From Gemmatimonadales bacterium (GTDB lineage Bacteria; Gemmatimonadota; Gemmatimonadetes; Gemmatimonadales; GWC2-71-9), in the NCBI GenBank assembly GCA_041613315.1, contig JBFJHJ010000015.1:1050-65049 (forward strand): a DNA stretch of 64,000 nucleotides, given 5' to 3'. Below, one piece after another: positions 1-8,969 of this stretch. The translations under genes were made by a program, and so were the position numbers. The stretch's first letter is position 1. Every line of letters begins with the position of its first letter. The notes below the pieces were generated by a model. That model did not search any database. It was not told the DNA's origin and saw nothing but the letters and a program-made list of their open reading frames with translations.

Positions 1-8
1 CACGAGAG

Positions 9-623
9 TCATGCCGTTGCGTCGGACCGCTGGCGCCAGATCTCCTGCGCGCGCGCGAGGTCGTCGGCGGTGTTCACGTTGAAGAACAGGGTGGTGGGGT
101 CGCCGAACGTGGCCAGGCGCTCTCGCGGCAGCGTGCCGAGGCGTATGGTGTGGTGAAAGCCGGTCGCGCGGAAGTCCTCGTGGGCGAGCCGCTCCCGGAT
201 AATGTCGGCACATTCCTCGCCGTACACGGCGCACAGCGGTTCGACGCCCTTCGGTCCGTCGCTCTCGGGGAGGAAGGCATCGTAGTCGGCGGCGCCGCTG
301 ATCAGCGCCTCGAGCAGCGGTGCGCTGACGAACGGCATATCCCACGCCACGACGAGCACGGGTCCGCTTCCCGCGCGGAGCGCCGTGTAGATGCCGCCAA
401 GGCTGCCGCAACCCGGCACGATGTCCTTGGTCACCGTGAGGCCGTCGCGCCAGCGGGCGGCGTCGGGCGCGTTGGCGACGAGCAGCGGCGGCGCGCCGAC
501 CGCTTGCTGCAGGGCCGCCACCACCCGGTCCACGATGCGCTCGCCGCCCACCCGCTCGAGTCCCTTGGGGCGCCCGCCAAACCGACTCGCGGCCCCGCCG
601 GCCAACACGGCGGCCCGCATCAC
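9..623 (-). CDS. mobA: Molybdenum cofactor guanylyltransferase (MobA-like NTP transferase)
   Basis: 204-aa ORF. N-terminal AAVLAGGAASRFGGRPKGL nucleotide-binding motif and a GSLGG motif, both typical of MobA. It is the last gene seen of a minus-strand string that follows a Mo/W-type ABC transporter. Confidence 0.75.
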   Translation of the reverse strand: MMRAAVLAGGAASRFGGRPKGLERVGGERIVDRVVAALQQAVGAPPLLVANAPDAARWRDGLTVTKDIVPGCGSLGGIYTALRAGSGPVLVVAWDMPFVSAPLLEALISGAADYDAFLPESDGPKGVEPLCAVYGEECADIIRERLAHEDFRATGFHHTIRLGTLPRERLATFGDPTTLFFNVNTADDLARAQEIWRQRSDATA

Positions 624-653
624 GCCGGCGCCGCGGACCGGTCGCCGGCCACC

Positions 654-1103
654 CTACTCGCCGGCATACTCCGCGTAGAGATATGGGTCCTCGTGCACGC
701 GCACCCGCTCGAGTCGCACGCCCCCGGGGAGGCGCGGCGCCAGGAGGCGCCAGATGTGCACCGCGAGCGCTTCGGTGGTGGGGATATCCGTCCCGAACGC
801 GAACTCCGGCACATCGTGGTTCAAGTGGCGGTGGTCGAGGCGGTCGGTGATCTCCGCCTGGAGAATGCGGTCGAGCGCGCGCAGATCCATCACCATCGCG
901 GTCCGGGCGTCGGTGGCGCCGGCCACCGTCACATGGCACTCGTAGCGGTGGCCGTGCCCGTGCGCGTTACCGCACGCGCCGAACGCGGCGGCGTTCTGCT
1001 CGGCCGACCACTCCGGCCGGTGGTAGCGATGCGCCGCGCTGAACACCACCACGCGGGTCAGTCGAACGGTCGGCATATCGACCGCAATGTAGCCACGATT
1101 CAA
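654..1103 (-). CDS. queD: 6-carboxytetrahydropterin / 6-pyruvoyl-tetrahydropterin synthase family protein (QueD/PTPS)
   Basis: 149-aa ORF with FSAAHRY and CGNAHGHGHRYECHVTV motifs (Zn-binding His/Cys pattern of the PTPS/QueD fold). 4-nt overlap with the upstream ABC ATPase. Confidence 0.7.
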   Translation of the reverse strand: MNRGYIAVDMPTVRLTRVVVFSAAHRYHRPEWSAEQNAAAFGACGNAHGHGHRYECHVTVAGATDARTAMVMDLRALDRILQAEITDRLDHRHLNHDVPEFAFGTDIPTTEALAVHIWRLLAPRLPGGVRLERVRVHEDPYLYAEYAGE

Positions 1104-2095
1104 AACACCCGCACGGCCGTCGCCTTGATCGAGAGCACGACCTCGGATCCCAACGAGATGCTGAGTTCCTGCAAGGCGCGAGGCGTGACCCGCGCGGCCA
1201 GCTCGACGCCGACATCCACGGTGAGCGTGACGCCGCCCTTCCCGTCTTCGGCGATCTTGGTGACCCGGCCCCGCAACTGGTTGCGGGCGCTGGACGCGAG
1301 CGGTTGGAGGCTCACCACGATGTCGGTGGGCGGAATCGCCAGGGTCACGGGGCCGGCCCGGTCGGTCACGACCTCCAGCTCCAGCGGTCCCAGGCGCACG
1401 GTGCGGGCTCCGCTCCCGTCGGGCAGCTCCGCCCGAAAGAGGTTCTCGGGCGTGACGGGCGTGGCACGACCTCCCGCGAGGGCGATCAGACGATCGGACC
1501 AGCGGTAGGCGTCTTCCAGCTGGTGTGAGGCGAAGCAGAGCGCGGCGCCGCGGACCCGCTCCTCCTCCAGGACCCGGTAGAACTGGTGGGCCGCCGCGCG
1601 GTCCGCGCCGGCCACCGGCTCGTCCAGCAGCAGGATCCGGGGCTCGAGCGCGACGGCGCGGGCAACGGCCACGCGCTGGGTTTCGCCGTCACTCAGCGCG
1701 CGCGCCGGTCGGTCGGCCAAGGGGGCGACGCCCAGCCGCTCGAGCGCCGCCGATGTGCGCCGGGCCGCCGCGGGCCCGTGAACACCGTGAAGGCCGAGGG
1801 CATAGCGGACATTGTCCCGGACGGTCCCCGGGAAGAGGAGCGGGCGCTGCTCGACGAGCGTCACGTGGCGACGGGCGGCGCGTCGTTCCGCCGCGGTCGT
1901 GACGGGCCGGCCATCGAGGAGCAGCGTGCCGGCGGCCGGTCGCTCGAGGAATGCGAGAATCCGGAGGAGCGTGCTCTTGCCGGCGCCGTTGGGCCCGACG
2001 AGCGCCAGCGCCGATCCCGGCTCCAGGTCGAGCACGTCCACCGCCAGGACCGACCGGCCGCGGTAGCGGTGCTGGAGTGCGCGCGCGCTAAGCAT
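1100..2095 (-). CDS. ABC transporter ATP-binding protein with C-terminal TOBE/Mop domain (molybdate/tungstate type, TupC-like)
   Basis: Walker A GPNGAGKST, signature LSDGETQRV and Walker B ILLLDEP. The C-terminal ~65 aa (RNQLRGRVTKI...VLSIKATAVRVF) resembles a TOBE/Mop oxyanion-binding domain. 8-nt overlap with the permease gene. Confidence 0.8.
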   Translation of the reverse strand: MLSARALQHRYRGRSVLAVDVLDLEPGSALALVGPNGAGKSTLLRILAFLERPAAGTLLLDGRPVTTAAERRAARRHVTLVEQRPLLFPGTVRDNVRYALGLHGVHGPAAARRTSAALERLGVAPLADRPARALSDGETQRVAVARAVALEPRILLLDEPVAGADRAAAHQFYRVLEEERVRGAALCFASHQLEDAYRWSDRLIALAGGRATPVTPENLFRAELPDGSGARTVRLGPLELEVVTDRAGPVTLAIPPTDIVVSLQPLASSARNQLRGRVTKIAEDGKGGVTLTVDVGVELAARVTPRALQELSISLGSEVVLSIKATAVRVF

Positions 2096-2783
2096 CGCCC
2101 CGGCCTTGCAGCAGTTGGAGGAGCACGTTCACGGTGAGGGCGAGCGCCAGGAGGACCAGCCCCAGCGCCGTGGCGAGGGCGAAGTCGCCTTGCGACGTGG
2201 CCAGGGCCACGGCGGTGGTGAGCGTCCGCGTGTAGTGCCGAATGTTGCCGCCCACAATCATCGCCGCTCCGACCTCCGCCAGGACGCGGCCGAACGCCAC
2301 CACGACGGCGGCGAGCAGGGCGAACCGCGCCTCGCGGGCCACGACGAGCTGGGTGCGGAGGGGTCCGGCGCCGAGGGTGAGGGCGGTGCGGCGCACGCGA
2401 GGATCGATGCCCTGGACCGCGGCGGCGGTGAGCGCGGCGGCGATCGGCGCGGCGAGCACGACCTCGGCGATCACGATCGCCCACCACGTGTAGAGCAGCG
2501 CGAGGTCGCCGAACGGTCCGCGTCGGGCGAGCAGGCCCCAGACGAGGACGCCCACCACCACGGTGGGAAATGCCAGCATGGTGTTGAGGACGGTGATGAG
2601 GGCGCGACGGCCCCAGAAACGTGTCGTCCCGACCCAGAACCCGAGGGGCACGCCGACGACGCATGCCAGCACCGTTGCGATGCCGGCAACGCGCAGCGAG
2701 AGCAGCGTGATCTCCACCACCTCGACGTCGCCGCCCACGATGAGCTCGACGCCGCGGCGGAGGCCGTCGGTCAGGAACTCCAA
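2088..2783 (-). CDS. ABC transporter permease (tungstate/molybdate TupB-like)
   Basis: 231-aa polytopic membrane protein with a BPD_transp_1-like EAA loop region (TLGAGPLRTQLVVAREARFA). Overlaps the ATPase gene. Confidence 0.8.
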   Translation of the reverse strand: MEFLTDGLRRGVELIVGGDVEVVEITLLSLRVAGIATVLACVVGVPLGFWVGTTRFWGRRALITVLNTMLAFPTVVVGVLVWGLLARRGPFGDLALLYTWWAIVIAEVVLAAPIAAALTAAAVQGIDPRVRRTALTLGAGPLRTQLVVAREARFALLAAVVVAFGRVLAEVGAAMIVGGNIRHYTRTLTTAVALATSQGDFALATALGLVLLALALTVNVLLQLLQGRGDA

Positions 2784-2787
2784 GCGG

Positions 2788-3522
2788 CTACATCCGGATG
2801 GCGTACCCCAGCGAAAAACTCAGCGTGGGGTGGTGGACCCACTCCGTGCGCTTCGTGGACAGCGGATCGAGCACCGGCGGTGCGTCCGGATCTTCCGGTG
2901 GTGCGGTGAAGAACAGGGTCGGGTACGACAGCCGCCAGATGATATCCCGGCCCTCCGCTCGGAACACCACACGGTCGGTGACGAAGAAACGGAATCCGAT
3001 CTTCGGGCCGGCGTGGAAATGGCTGCGGAACTGGAACCCGCTCGAGTCGGCCGGGACGCCGCCGCCGAAGGCCATGCCGAACGTCGCGCCGAAATACGGG
3101 GCGAGCCCATTCCAGGTCTTGGCGCCCGTGAGCACCAGCGCCATGCCGACGTCGGCGACGGCGACGCGCTGGGTCTCGGTGCTCTTGACGCGCGCATCGG
3201 GCAGGCGCGTGGGATCGAGGACCAACCGGTCGAACGTGCCGAGCTGGAAGCCGAGGTCGAACATGGCGAGCCCACCGAGTCGGAAGTCCAGGTGCGCGCC
3301 GCCGAGCGCGCCGCTCGTGGGTCCCACCCCCGCCTTGCCCGCGCCACCGCTGAAGTAGCCGCCGGTGAGCGAGAGGATCTGCCTCGCGCGAATGTGGCGG
3401 TAGGGGGAAGACCCCGGGGGATGGCCGACCTGCGCCGCGACCGGCGCTACGGTCACGAGTCCCAGGGCGGCGATCGCGAGACCGACCGAGTAGATGAGAC
3501 GTCCAGCGGGGCGGTTTGACAT
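2788..3522 (-). CDS. Secreted hypothetical protein, probable small outer-membrane beta-barrel
   Basis: Signal peptide (LAIAALGLVTVAPVAAQ). Gly-rich alternating beta-strand-like pattern. Ends 5 nt before the permease start, so it is probably co-transcribed. Confidence 0.5.
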   Translation of the reverse strand: MSNRPAGRLIYSVGLAIAALGLVTVAPVAAQVGHPPGSSPYRHIRARQILSLTGGYFSGGAGKAGVGPTSGALGGAHLDFRLGGLAMFDLGFQLGTFDRLVLDPTRLPDARVKSTETQRVAVADVGMALVLTGAKTWNGLAPYFGATFGMAFGGGVPADSSGFQFRSHFHAGPKIGFRFFVTDRVVFRAEGRDIIWRLSYPTLFFTAPPEDPDAPPVLDPLSTKRTEWVHHPTLSFSLGYAIRM

Positions 3523-3544
3523 CGGATCAGTACGCTCCTACAAT
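3516..3544 (+). promoter_or_regulatory. Sigma70-type promoter TTGACA-N17-TACAAT for the SH3-repeat gene
   Basis: Exact TTGACA at 3516-3521, a 17-nt spacer, then TACAAT at 3539-3544, which lies 17 nt upstream of the ATG at 3561. The -35 overlaps the start codon (3520-3522) of the divergent minus-strand gene. Confidence 0.55.
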
Positions 3545-3560
3545 CCTGTAAGTCACTCGG

Positions 3561-4598
3561 ATGAGGCAATCTAGCCACCTCCCACGGGCGCTACCAGCCT
3601 GTGCGCTCGCGGCGCTCGCCGCGGCCATCGTCGGGCCGATTCCCCTCGCGGCACAGACGACGTATCGGGTCACGCGCACGGAGAATTTCCGCCGCGACAA
3701 CGACCCGTCGGCGCCACTCCTGGCGACCGTGCTCGAAGCGGTGGAGCTGCCGGGCGACTCGACGGTGAGCGGGTGGATTCGCGTGACCGTCGAAGGGTGG
3801 GTGTGGGGCAACTCGGTGGATCGCACCTCGCGCGACGGCCACAATCTCGTCGTGACGCCGCGCGGCGGCGAGAACCTGCGGACCGAGCCCAACGGTGATG
3901 TCATCGCGCGGCTTGCGAGCGGCTGTCTGCTCGACGAAGTGGATCGGCGACCCGGCTGGGTGCGGGTGCGGCGGACCGGATGGATGTGGGGTCGCTCGTT
4001 GGAACGGCGAGACGCCCGGCCCGCGGCAGTGGACGGGCGCGGATCGGCGGCGCCGCGCGGGACGCAGGCCGACGCGGGCGCGGTGGGCGTCGATCGCGCG
4101 GTGACGTCCGACCGAGCGTTGTTGCGGCGGACGCCGGGCGGTTCGCCGACGGGGACGCTCGCCGAGGGGGCGCCGGTGCGCGTGCTGAGCCGGACGGGAG
4201 AGTGGGTGCGGGTACAGACCGAAGGGTGGATTCGCGAGACGGAGCTGCGGCCCGCGGCGCCGGGCGTGCTGATGGGCGTAACGGGCGCCGAGGTGCGCAG
4301 CAACCCGCGAGAGTTCGAGGGGAAGCTCGTGCAGTGGACCGTGCAGTACATCGCTATCCAGGAGGCCGACGAGCTCAGGCGCGAGATTCCCGAGGGGCGT
4401 CCCTATCTGCTGGCTCGCGGGCCCGTGCCCGAGGCAGGGTTCGTGTACGTCGTCCTGACCGACGAGCATCGGTCCCGCGTGGAGCGGCTCGCGCCGCTTG
4501 CCGACCTCGTGATCATCGGCCGGGTGCGTGCCGGCCGATCCCGCTATCTGGGGAACCCGATTCTGGAGATGGTGGATCTGGCGGTACGTGAACGGTGA
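3561..4598 (+). CDS. Secreted protein with three bacterial SH3-like repeats
   Basis: Signal peptide ending PLAAQ. Three repeats of the pattern GW(I/V)RV...GW(V/M/I)(W/R) (WIRVTVEGWVWG, WVRVRRTGWMWG, WVRVQTEGWIRE), typical of SH3b domains. Confidence 0.6.
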   Translation: MRQSSHLPRALPACALAALAAAIVGPIPLAAQTTYRVTRTENFRRDNDPSAPLLATVLEAVELPGDSTVSGWIRVTVEGWVWGNSVDRTSRDGHNLVVTPRGGENLRTEPNGDVIARLASGCLLDEVDRRPGWVRVRRTGWMWGRSLERRDARPAAVDGRGSAAPRGTQADAGAVGVDRAVTSDRALLRRTPGGSPTGTLAEGAPVRVLSRTGEWVRVQTEGWIRETELRPAAPGVLMGVTGAEVRSNPREFEGKLVQWTVQYIAIQEADELRREIPEGRPYLLARGPVPEAGFVYVVLTDEHRSRVERLAPLADLVIIGRVRAGRSRYLGNPILEMVDLAVRER

Positions 4599-4608
4599 GG
4601 GAGGTGGC

Positions 4609-4995
4609 ATGAACGAGATCCTGCGAGCCAAGATCATTCGTCAGCTCGACGGGCTGACCGACGAGGTCGGCCGCCAGCTGCTGGACTATCTCGAGTTTCT
4701 CGAGTCGAAGTACAACCGGAGCCGCCGCTCGGTGTCGCCGCTCAAGCGCGTCGCGGAGACGGTGGAGGAGAAGCTCGGCGGGGCCGAGTTGGGCGAGATG
4801 GCGTCCCGAGGCGCGGCGCAGATGGTGGAGGCCGCCGGCCGGCTGATGTCGGGGCTGGCAGCGGCGAGCCGCACGGTCGCGGAGGAGCTCGCGAAGCCCG
4901 CACCACCGCCGCCCGTACCGGAGGCGACGACCGACGCGGACGCGCCGACCGCGGAGGCTGCGGCGCCCGACGAGGAGGGTGAGCGGAGCGCTTGA
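4609..4995 (+). CDS. Hypothetical protein (helical N-terminus, Ala/Pro-rich acidic tail)
   Basis: ATG at 4609 is preceded by GGTGAGGGAGGTGG (SD-like). The listed ORF start at 4528 would overlap the previous gene. No motif recognised apart from an LLDYLEFLESKY helix. Confidence 0.5.
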   Translation: MNEILRAKIIRQLDGLTDEVGRQLLDYLEFLESKYNRSRRSVSPLKRVAETVEEKLGGAELGEMASRGAAQMVEAAGRLMSGLAAASRTVAEELAKPAPPPPVPEATTDADAPTAEAAAPDEEGERSA

Positions 4996-5052
4996 CCGCC
5001 GGCCCGGCGCCGGAGTAGCTTTCCCCATGGAGCTCTGGACATCGTTGTTCGG

Positions 5053-5083
5053 GACCCGCCGTGCGCCGTCGGCGCGGCGGGTC
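5053..5083 (+). terminator. GC-rich hairpin (8+5 bp stem, 3-nt loop) between the hypothetical gene and guaB
   Basis: In GACCCGCC-GT-GCGCC-GTC-GGCGC-GGCGGGTC, the outer and inner arms are exact reverse complements. It is followed by TTCGCGC with no real U-tract, so a terminator function is uncertain. Confidence 0.3.
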
Positions 5084-5106
5084 TTCGCGCATCCGGGAGG
5101 GCGGTG

Positions 5107-6567
5107 ATGGTAAGCCGACTGCGTCCGGGACACGCCCTCACGTTCGACGACGTGTTGCTGGTGCCGCGGCACGGAGCCGTACACCCCTCCGGGGTCGACC
5201 TGACCAGCCGCTTCACGCGCGGCATCGCGCTCAATATCCCCCTCGTCGCGGCGGCGATGGACACGGTCACCGAATCCGAGATGGCGATCGGCATGGCGCG
5301 CCTCGGCGGCATCGGTGTGATCCACAAGAACATGACGATCGACCGGCAGGCCGCGGAGGTGGATCGCGTGAAGCGCTCGGAGAGCGGCATGATCCTGAAT
5401 CCGATCACGCTGGGGCCCGATCGCTCCATCCGGGAGGCGGCGCAACTGATGGCGCGGTTCCGGATCTCGGGCGTGCCGATCGTTGATGACCGGGGACGCC
5501 TGGTGGGGATTCTCACGAACCGGGATCTCCAGTTCGAGCGCAACGTCGACCGGCCGATCGCGCAGGCGATGACGAAGGAGGGGCTGGTGACGGCCCCGGT
5601 GGGCACCACACTCGACGAAGCGGAGCGCATCCTCGGCGAGCACCGTATCGAGAAGTTGCCGGTGGTGGATGGGGGAGGGGTCCTCAAGGGGCTGATCACG
5701 GTCAAGGATATCTTCAAGCGCCGGCACTTCCCACACGCCAACAAGGACGAGCACGGCCGGCTCCGCGTCGCGGCGGCGGTGGGCGTCGGACGCGAGACGA
5801 AGAGCCGCGCCCGGGCGCTGCTGGATGCGGGCGTGGACGCGGTCGTCGTGGACTCGGCGCACGGTCATTCGGCGGGGGTGCTGGCGGCCGTCGCCGAGCT
5901 GCGTGAGGCGTTTCCGGACGCGCAGCTCGTGGCGGGCAACGTGGCGACGTTCGAGGGCGCGAAGGCACTGGCCGAGCTGGGAGTGGATGCGGTGAAGGTT
6001 GGGATCGGGCCTGGCTCGATCTGCACGACACGGGTGGTGACCGGCGTGGGGGTCCCACAGATCACGGCGGTGGTCGAGGCGGTGCGCGGCGCCGGCGACG
6101 TTCCAGTGATCGCCGACGGCGGTGTCAAGTACTCCGGTGACGCGGTGAAGGCGCTGGCGGCGGGCGCCGAGAGCGTGATGCTCGGATCGATGCTGGCCGG
6201 CACCGAGGAGAGCCCGGGAGAAAGCTTCCTGCTGGAGGGCCGCCGGTTCAAGACCGTGCGGGGGATGGGCTCGCTCACGGCGATGCAGGACGGCTCGGCC
6301 GATCGGTACTTCCAAGAGGGCGACATGTCCCCTCGCAAACTCGTGCCGGAGGGGATCGAAGGGCGCGTGCCGTACCGGGGCCCCGTGGCCGATGTCCTGT
6401 ATCAGGTGGCCGGCGGCATTCGCAGCGGGATGGGCTACTGCGGCTGCGCCACGCTGGCCGCGCTGCGCTGCGACACCGAGTTCGTGCAGGTCACCTCGGC
6501 CGGCCTCCGGGAGTCGCACCCCCACGACGTGGTCATCACGCGCGAAGCACCGAACTACTCGGTGTAA
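5107..6567 (+). CDS. guaB: IMP dehydrogenase
   Basis: [10 protein letters not shown]-terminus, tandem CBS region, catalytic loop [11 protein letters not shown] and C-terminal ...[17 protein letters not shown] lies 6 nt upstream of the ATG at 5107 (GTG at 5104 is also possible). Confidence 0.95.
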   Translation: MVSRLRPGHALTFDDVLLVPRHGAVHPSGVDLTSRFTRGIALNIPLVAAAMDTVTESEMAIGMARLGGIGVIHKNMTIDRQAAEVDRVKRSESGMILNPITLGPDRSIREAAQLMARFRISGVPIVDDRGRLVGILTNRDLQFERNVDRPIAQAMTKEGLVTAPVGTTLDEAERILGEHRIEKLPVVDGGGVLKGLITVKDIFKRRHFPHANKDEHGRLRVAAAVGVGRETKSRARALLDAGVDAVVVDSAHGHSAGVLAAVAELREAFPDAQLVAGNVATFEGAKALAELGVDAVKVGIGPGSICTTRVVTGVGVPQITAVVEAVRGAGDVPVIADGGVKYSGDAVKALAAGAESVMLGSMLAGTEESPGESFLLEGRRFKTVRGMGSLTAMQDGSADRYFQEGDMSPRKLVPEGIEGRVPYRGPVADVLYQVAGGIRSGMGYCGCATLAALRCDTEFVQVTSAGLRESHPHDVVITREAPNYSV

Positions 6568-6576
6568 GACTACTCG

Positions 6577-6657
6577 CTATCCATTTTTCCGTCGTCCGTT
6601 TCCCGTTGTCCGTGGCGCGACGCACCACGGAAGACGGAGACCGGATCACGGACAACG
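6577..6657. repeat. Intergenic heptamer-array inverted repeat, copy 1
   Basis: Forward array: ctatccat ttttccgt cgtccgt ttcccgt tgtccgt (6577-6613). Inverted array: acggaag acggaga ccggatc acggaca acg (6627-6657). Shares the exact 11-mer CCGTCGTCCGT with copies 2 and 3. Shares a 16-mer with copy 3, in reverse-complement orientation. Confidence 0.6.
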
Positions 6658-6678
6658 CTGTACCGTGAGGAGCGGCCA

Positions 6679-7119
6679 ATGGCGGACCAAACACCCCAGT
6701 CCTACGCAAACCATAAGCGCATCGTGCCGGGCTTCCACTATGTGACGTTCGCGCTCCTGCTCATCCCCACGATCTGGTGGGTGTATCGCAGTATTCGGGC
6801 GTTCTCGGTGGATCACCTGATGCTGTTCGCAATGGGGGCCGGGGCGGTGATGCTCCTACTCTACACCCGGTCGTTCGCCACCAAGAATCAGGACCGGATC
6901 ATTCGGCTGGAGGAGCGCACTCGGCTCGAAGAGCTGCTGCCGCCCGAGCTGGTACCGCGGATCGGCGAGCTGACCACGGCGCAATGCGTGGCCATCCGCT
7001 TCGCGGCGGACGCTGAGGTGGAGGCCTTGGTGCGAGCGGTGTTGCACGAGGGGATCACGGATCGGGAAGCCATCAAGGGGCGAGTCCGGAGCTGGCGGGC
7101 GGACTACCAGCGGGTGTGA
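6679..7119 (+). CDS. Small membrane protein (two N-terminal TM helices plus helical C-terminal domain; DUF6526-like from memory)
   Basis: 146-aa ORF. SD GAGGAGCGG upstream. TM segments FHYVTFALLLIPTIWWVY and LMLFAMGAGAVMLLLY. Confidence 0.55.
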   Translation: MADQTPQSYANHKRIVPGFHYVTFALLLIPTIWWVYRSIRAFSVDHLMLFAMGAGAVMLLLYTRSFATKNQDRIIRLEERTRLEELLPPELVPRIGELTTAQCVAIRFAADAEVEALVRAVLHEGITDREAIKGRVRSWRADYQRV

Positions 7120-7223
7120 TCACGCGGAGAACACGAGGGCGTGTGCGCGTCCGGTTCGTCATGGCGCGGTGCCACCCGCCCGCCGTGACTCGGACCACGC
7201 GGCGCTGGAAGGGCCGCGATTCC

Positions 7224-8969
7224 CTACAGGGAGATCGACCCCTTCCGAAACTGCGTCTCCCCGATCAGCGCGTTCACCAGCACCGCCCGCCCGCCCTTCG
7301 CCGCGGCCTTGGCCTCGGCCAGCACGCCCTCGACATCCTCCGCCCGATCCACCAGGAGTCCCGCACCGCCGTACCCCTCCGCCACCCGGTGATAATCGGT
7401 CCGCCGAAGCACGGTGCCGACGTCGTCCTTCAGCATCTCCCGTTGTCCCCGGGCGATCTGGGTCCAGCACGCGTCGGTTCCCACCACCGCGATAACGGGC
7501 ACTCCGTGACGCGCGAACGTGTCGAACTCGGCTAGACTGTAGGCCGCCGACCCGTCGCCGTAGAGAATCCACACCTCGGCCTCGGGACGACACAGCTTCG
7601 CGCCCAGCGCGAACCCGGCGCCGACGCCCAGCGTCCCGAACGGTCCGGGATCGAGGAAGCTGAGCGGCCTTCGCGGTGAGACGATGTAGGACGCCGTTGC
7701 CACGAAGTCGCCGCCGTCCAGCACCAGCACGCTCTCGTCGTCCAACGCCCGCTCGATGGACTGGCACAACATGAGCGGATTGATGAACTCGGTGTCCTCC
7801 GCGGCCAGCCGGTCGATCTGCGCGTTCCGCTCGCGATCCCGCTGGTGCAGCTGCTCCCGCCACTCGTCCCAACACTCGGGCGGGGTGGGCACCGCCGCGG
7901 CGAGCCTCCGGAGCAGTCGGCCGGGATCGCCCAACACGCCGACGGTGGGTCGCCGGTTCTGCACCAGATCCCGCCCGCTCCGGTTCACCGCCACGAGGGT
8001 CGCGCGCGAGTTGATGTCCCGGCCGTAGCCCAATCGGAAGTCGCAGGGGACGCCGGCCAGGATCACGAGGTCGGCGTCGCGCAGCGCCTCTCGGCGTCGG
8101 TGGCGGAGTTGCAGGCGATGCTCCCGGCCCAGGAGTCCCCGGGCGGAACCCGAAAGGTAGACGGGGATGCCCAACTGGTTCACGGCGGCCGCCAGCTCGC
8201 CAACCCCCTCGGGCTCGAGCAGCGTCTGGCTCCCGATCAGGAGTATGGGCCGGTGGGCTCCTCGCAGGTGCGCGGCGGCGCGCTCGACCTTGCGCTCCGC
8301 CGGGGTAGGAATCTCCGGTGCAACACACTTCGCAGGCGCCGGCCGATCGGCGCCACCGAACAGGTTCCTGAGATGCCGCCGGAGGTAGAGCCGCCGCAGT
8401 CTCCCCGCGAGCCCCGCCCCCCAAGCGTCATCGACCGCGTACCACTTCCGGATCTCGCGCTCCTCGTACAGCAGGTCCACCGGACACTCGACGAACACGG
8501 GACCGGGAACGTCACGCTGCGCGATGCGAAACGCGCCCGTCACGGCGGTCGGGAGATCTCGCACGCGGCCGACCGACACGGCGTGTTTCACGTGCGGTCG
8601 GAACAGGGCGAGCTGATCGATGTCCTGGAGCGCCCCTCGGCCCTTGAGGATGGTGGCGGCCGCGCCGCCCAGGAGGACGACAGGCATCTGGGCGAGTTGC
8701 GCGTTCTTGACGGCCGTGATCGCGTTCGTGGCACCCGGTCCGGCGGTCACGGCGGCGACGCCGGGCACGCCGGTGAGCCGTGCGACGGCGTCGGCGGCGA
8801 AGACCGCGCTCGCTTCGTCCCGGACATCCACGACGCGAATCCCGCGGTGCTTGGCCCCCACCAGGATCGGCGAGATATGCCCGCCGCACAGGGTGAACAG
8901 GAACCGCACGCCTTGCGCCGCGAGGACATCCGCGATCAGGGCGCCGCCGTTCGGCGCGCCGTCTACCAT
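7224..8969 (-). CDS. Thiamine-diphosphate-dependent enzyme (acetolactate synthase / 2-hydroxyacyl-CoA lyase / oxalyl-CoA decarboxylase family)
   Basis: 581 aa. N-terminal Pyr domain ([16 protein letters not shown]...[11 protein letters not shown]). C-terminal PP domain with a GDGSAAYS...E TPP-binding motif. Confidence 0.85.
   Translation of the reverse strand: MVDGAPNGGALIADVLAAQGVRFLFTLCGGHISPILVGAKHRGIRVVDVRDEASAVFAADAVARLTGVPGVAAVTAGPGATNAITAVKNAQLAQMPVVLLGGAAATILKGRGALQDIDQLALFRPHVKHAVSVGRVRDLPTAVTGAFRIAQRDVPGPVFVECPVDLLYEEREIRKWYAVDDAWGAGLAGRLRRLYLRRHLRNLFGGADRPAPAKCVAPEIPTPAERKVERAAAHLRGAHRPILLIGSQTLLEPEGVGELAAAVNQLGIPVYLSGSARGLLGREHRLQLRHRRREALRDADLVILAGVPCDFRLGYGRDINSRATLVAVNRSGRDLVQNRRPTVGVLGDPGRLLRRLAAAVPTPPECWDEWREQLHQRDRERNAQIDRLAAEDTEFINPLMLCQSIERALDDESVLVLDGGDFVATASYIVSPRRPLSFLDPGPFGTLGVGAGFALGAKLCRPEAEVWILYGDGSAAYSLAEFDTFARHGVPVIAVVGTDACWTQIARGQREMLKDDVGTVLRRTDYHRVAEGYGGAGLLVDRAEDVEGVLAEAKAAAKGGRAVLVNALIGETQFRKGSISL

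Noticed and set aside
4513-6525. 670-aa antisense ORF opposite guaB. Similar long antisense ORFs lie at 28181-29905, 23797-25419, 44373-46070, 40271-41737 and 53779-55911.
   Set aside because: Stop-poor antisense frames are expected at ~70% GC. Their translations are Arg/Pro/Gly/His-rich with no motifs, while the sense genes are unambiguous.
6577-6657. Heptamer arrays read as DnaA boxes/oriC or as a mini CRISPR array
   Set aside because: TTGTCCGTG resembles the high-GC DnaA box TTGTCCACA only in its first 6 nt. No dnaA/dnaN genes are nearby, and the arrays occur at three unrelated loci. The units are 7 nt without spacers, so this is not CRISPR architecture. The element is kept as a repeat-family finding instead.
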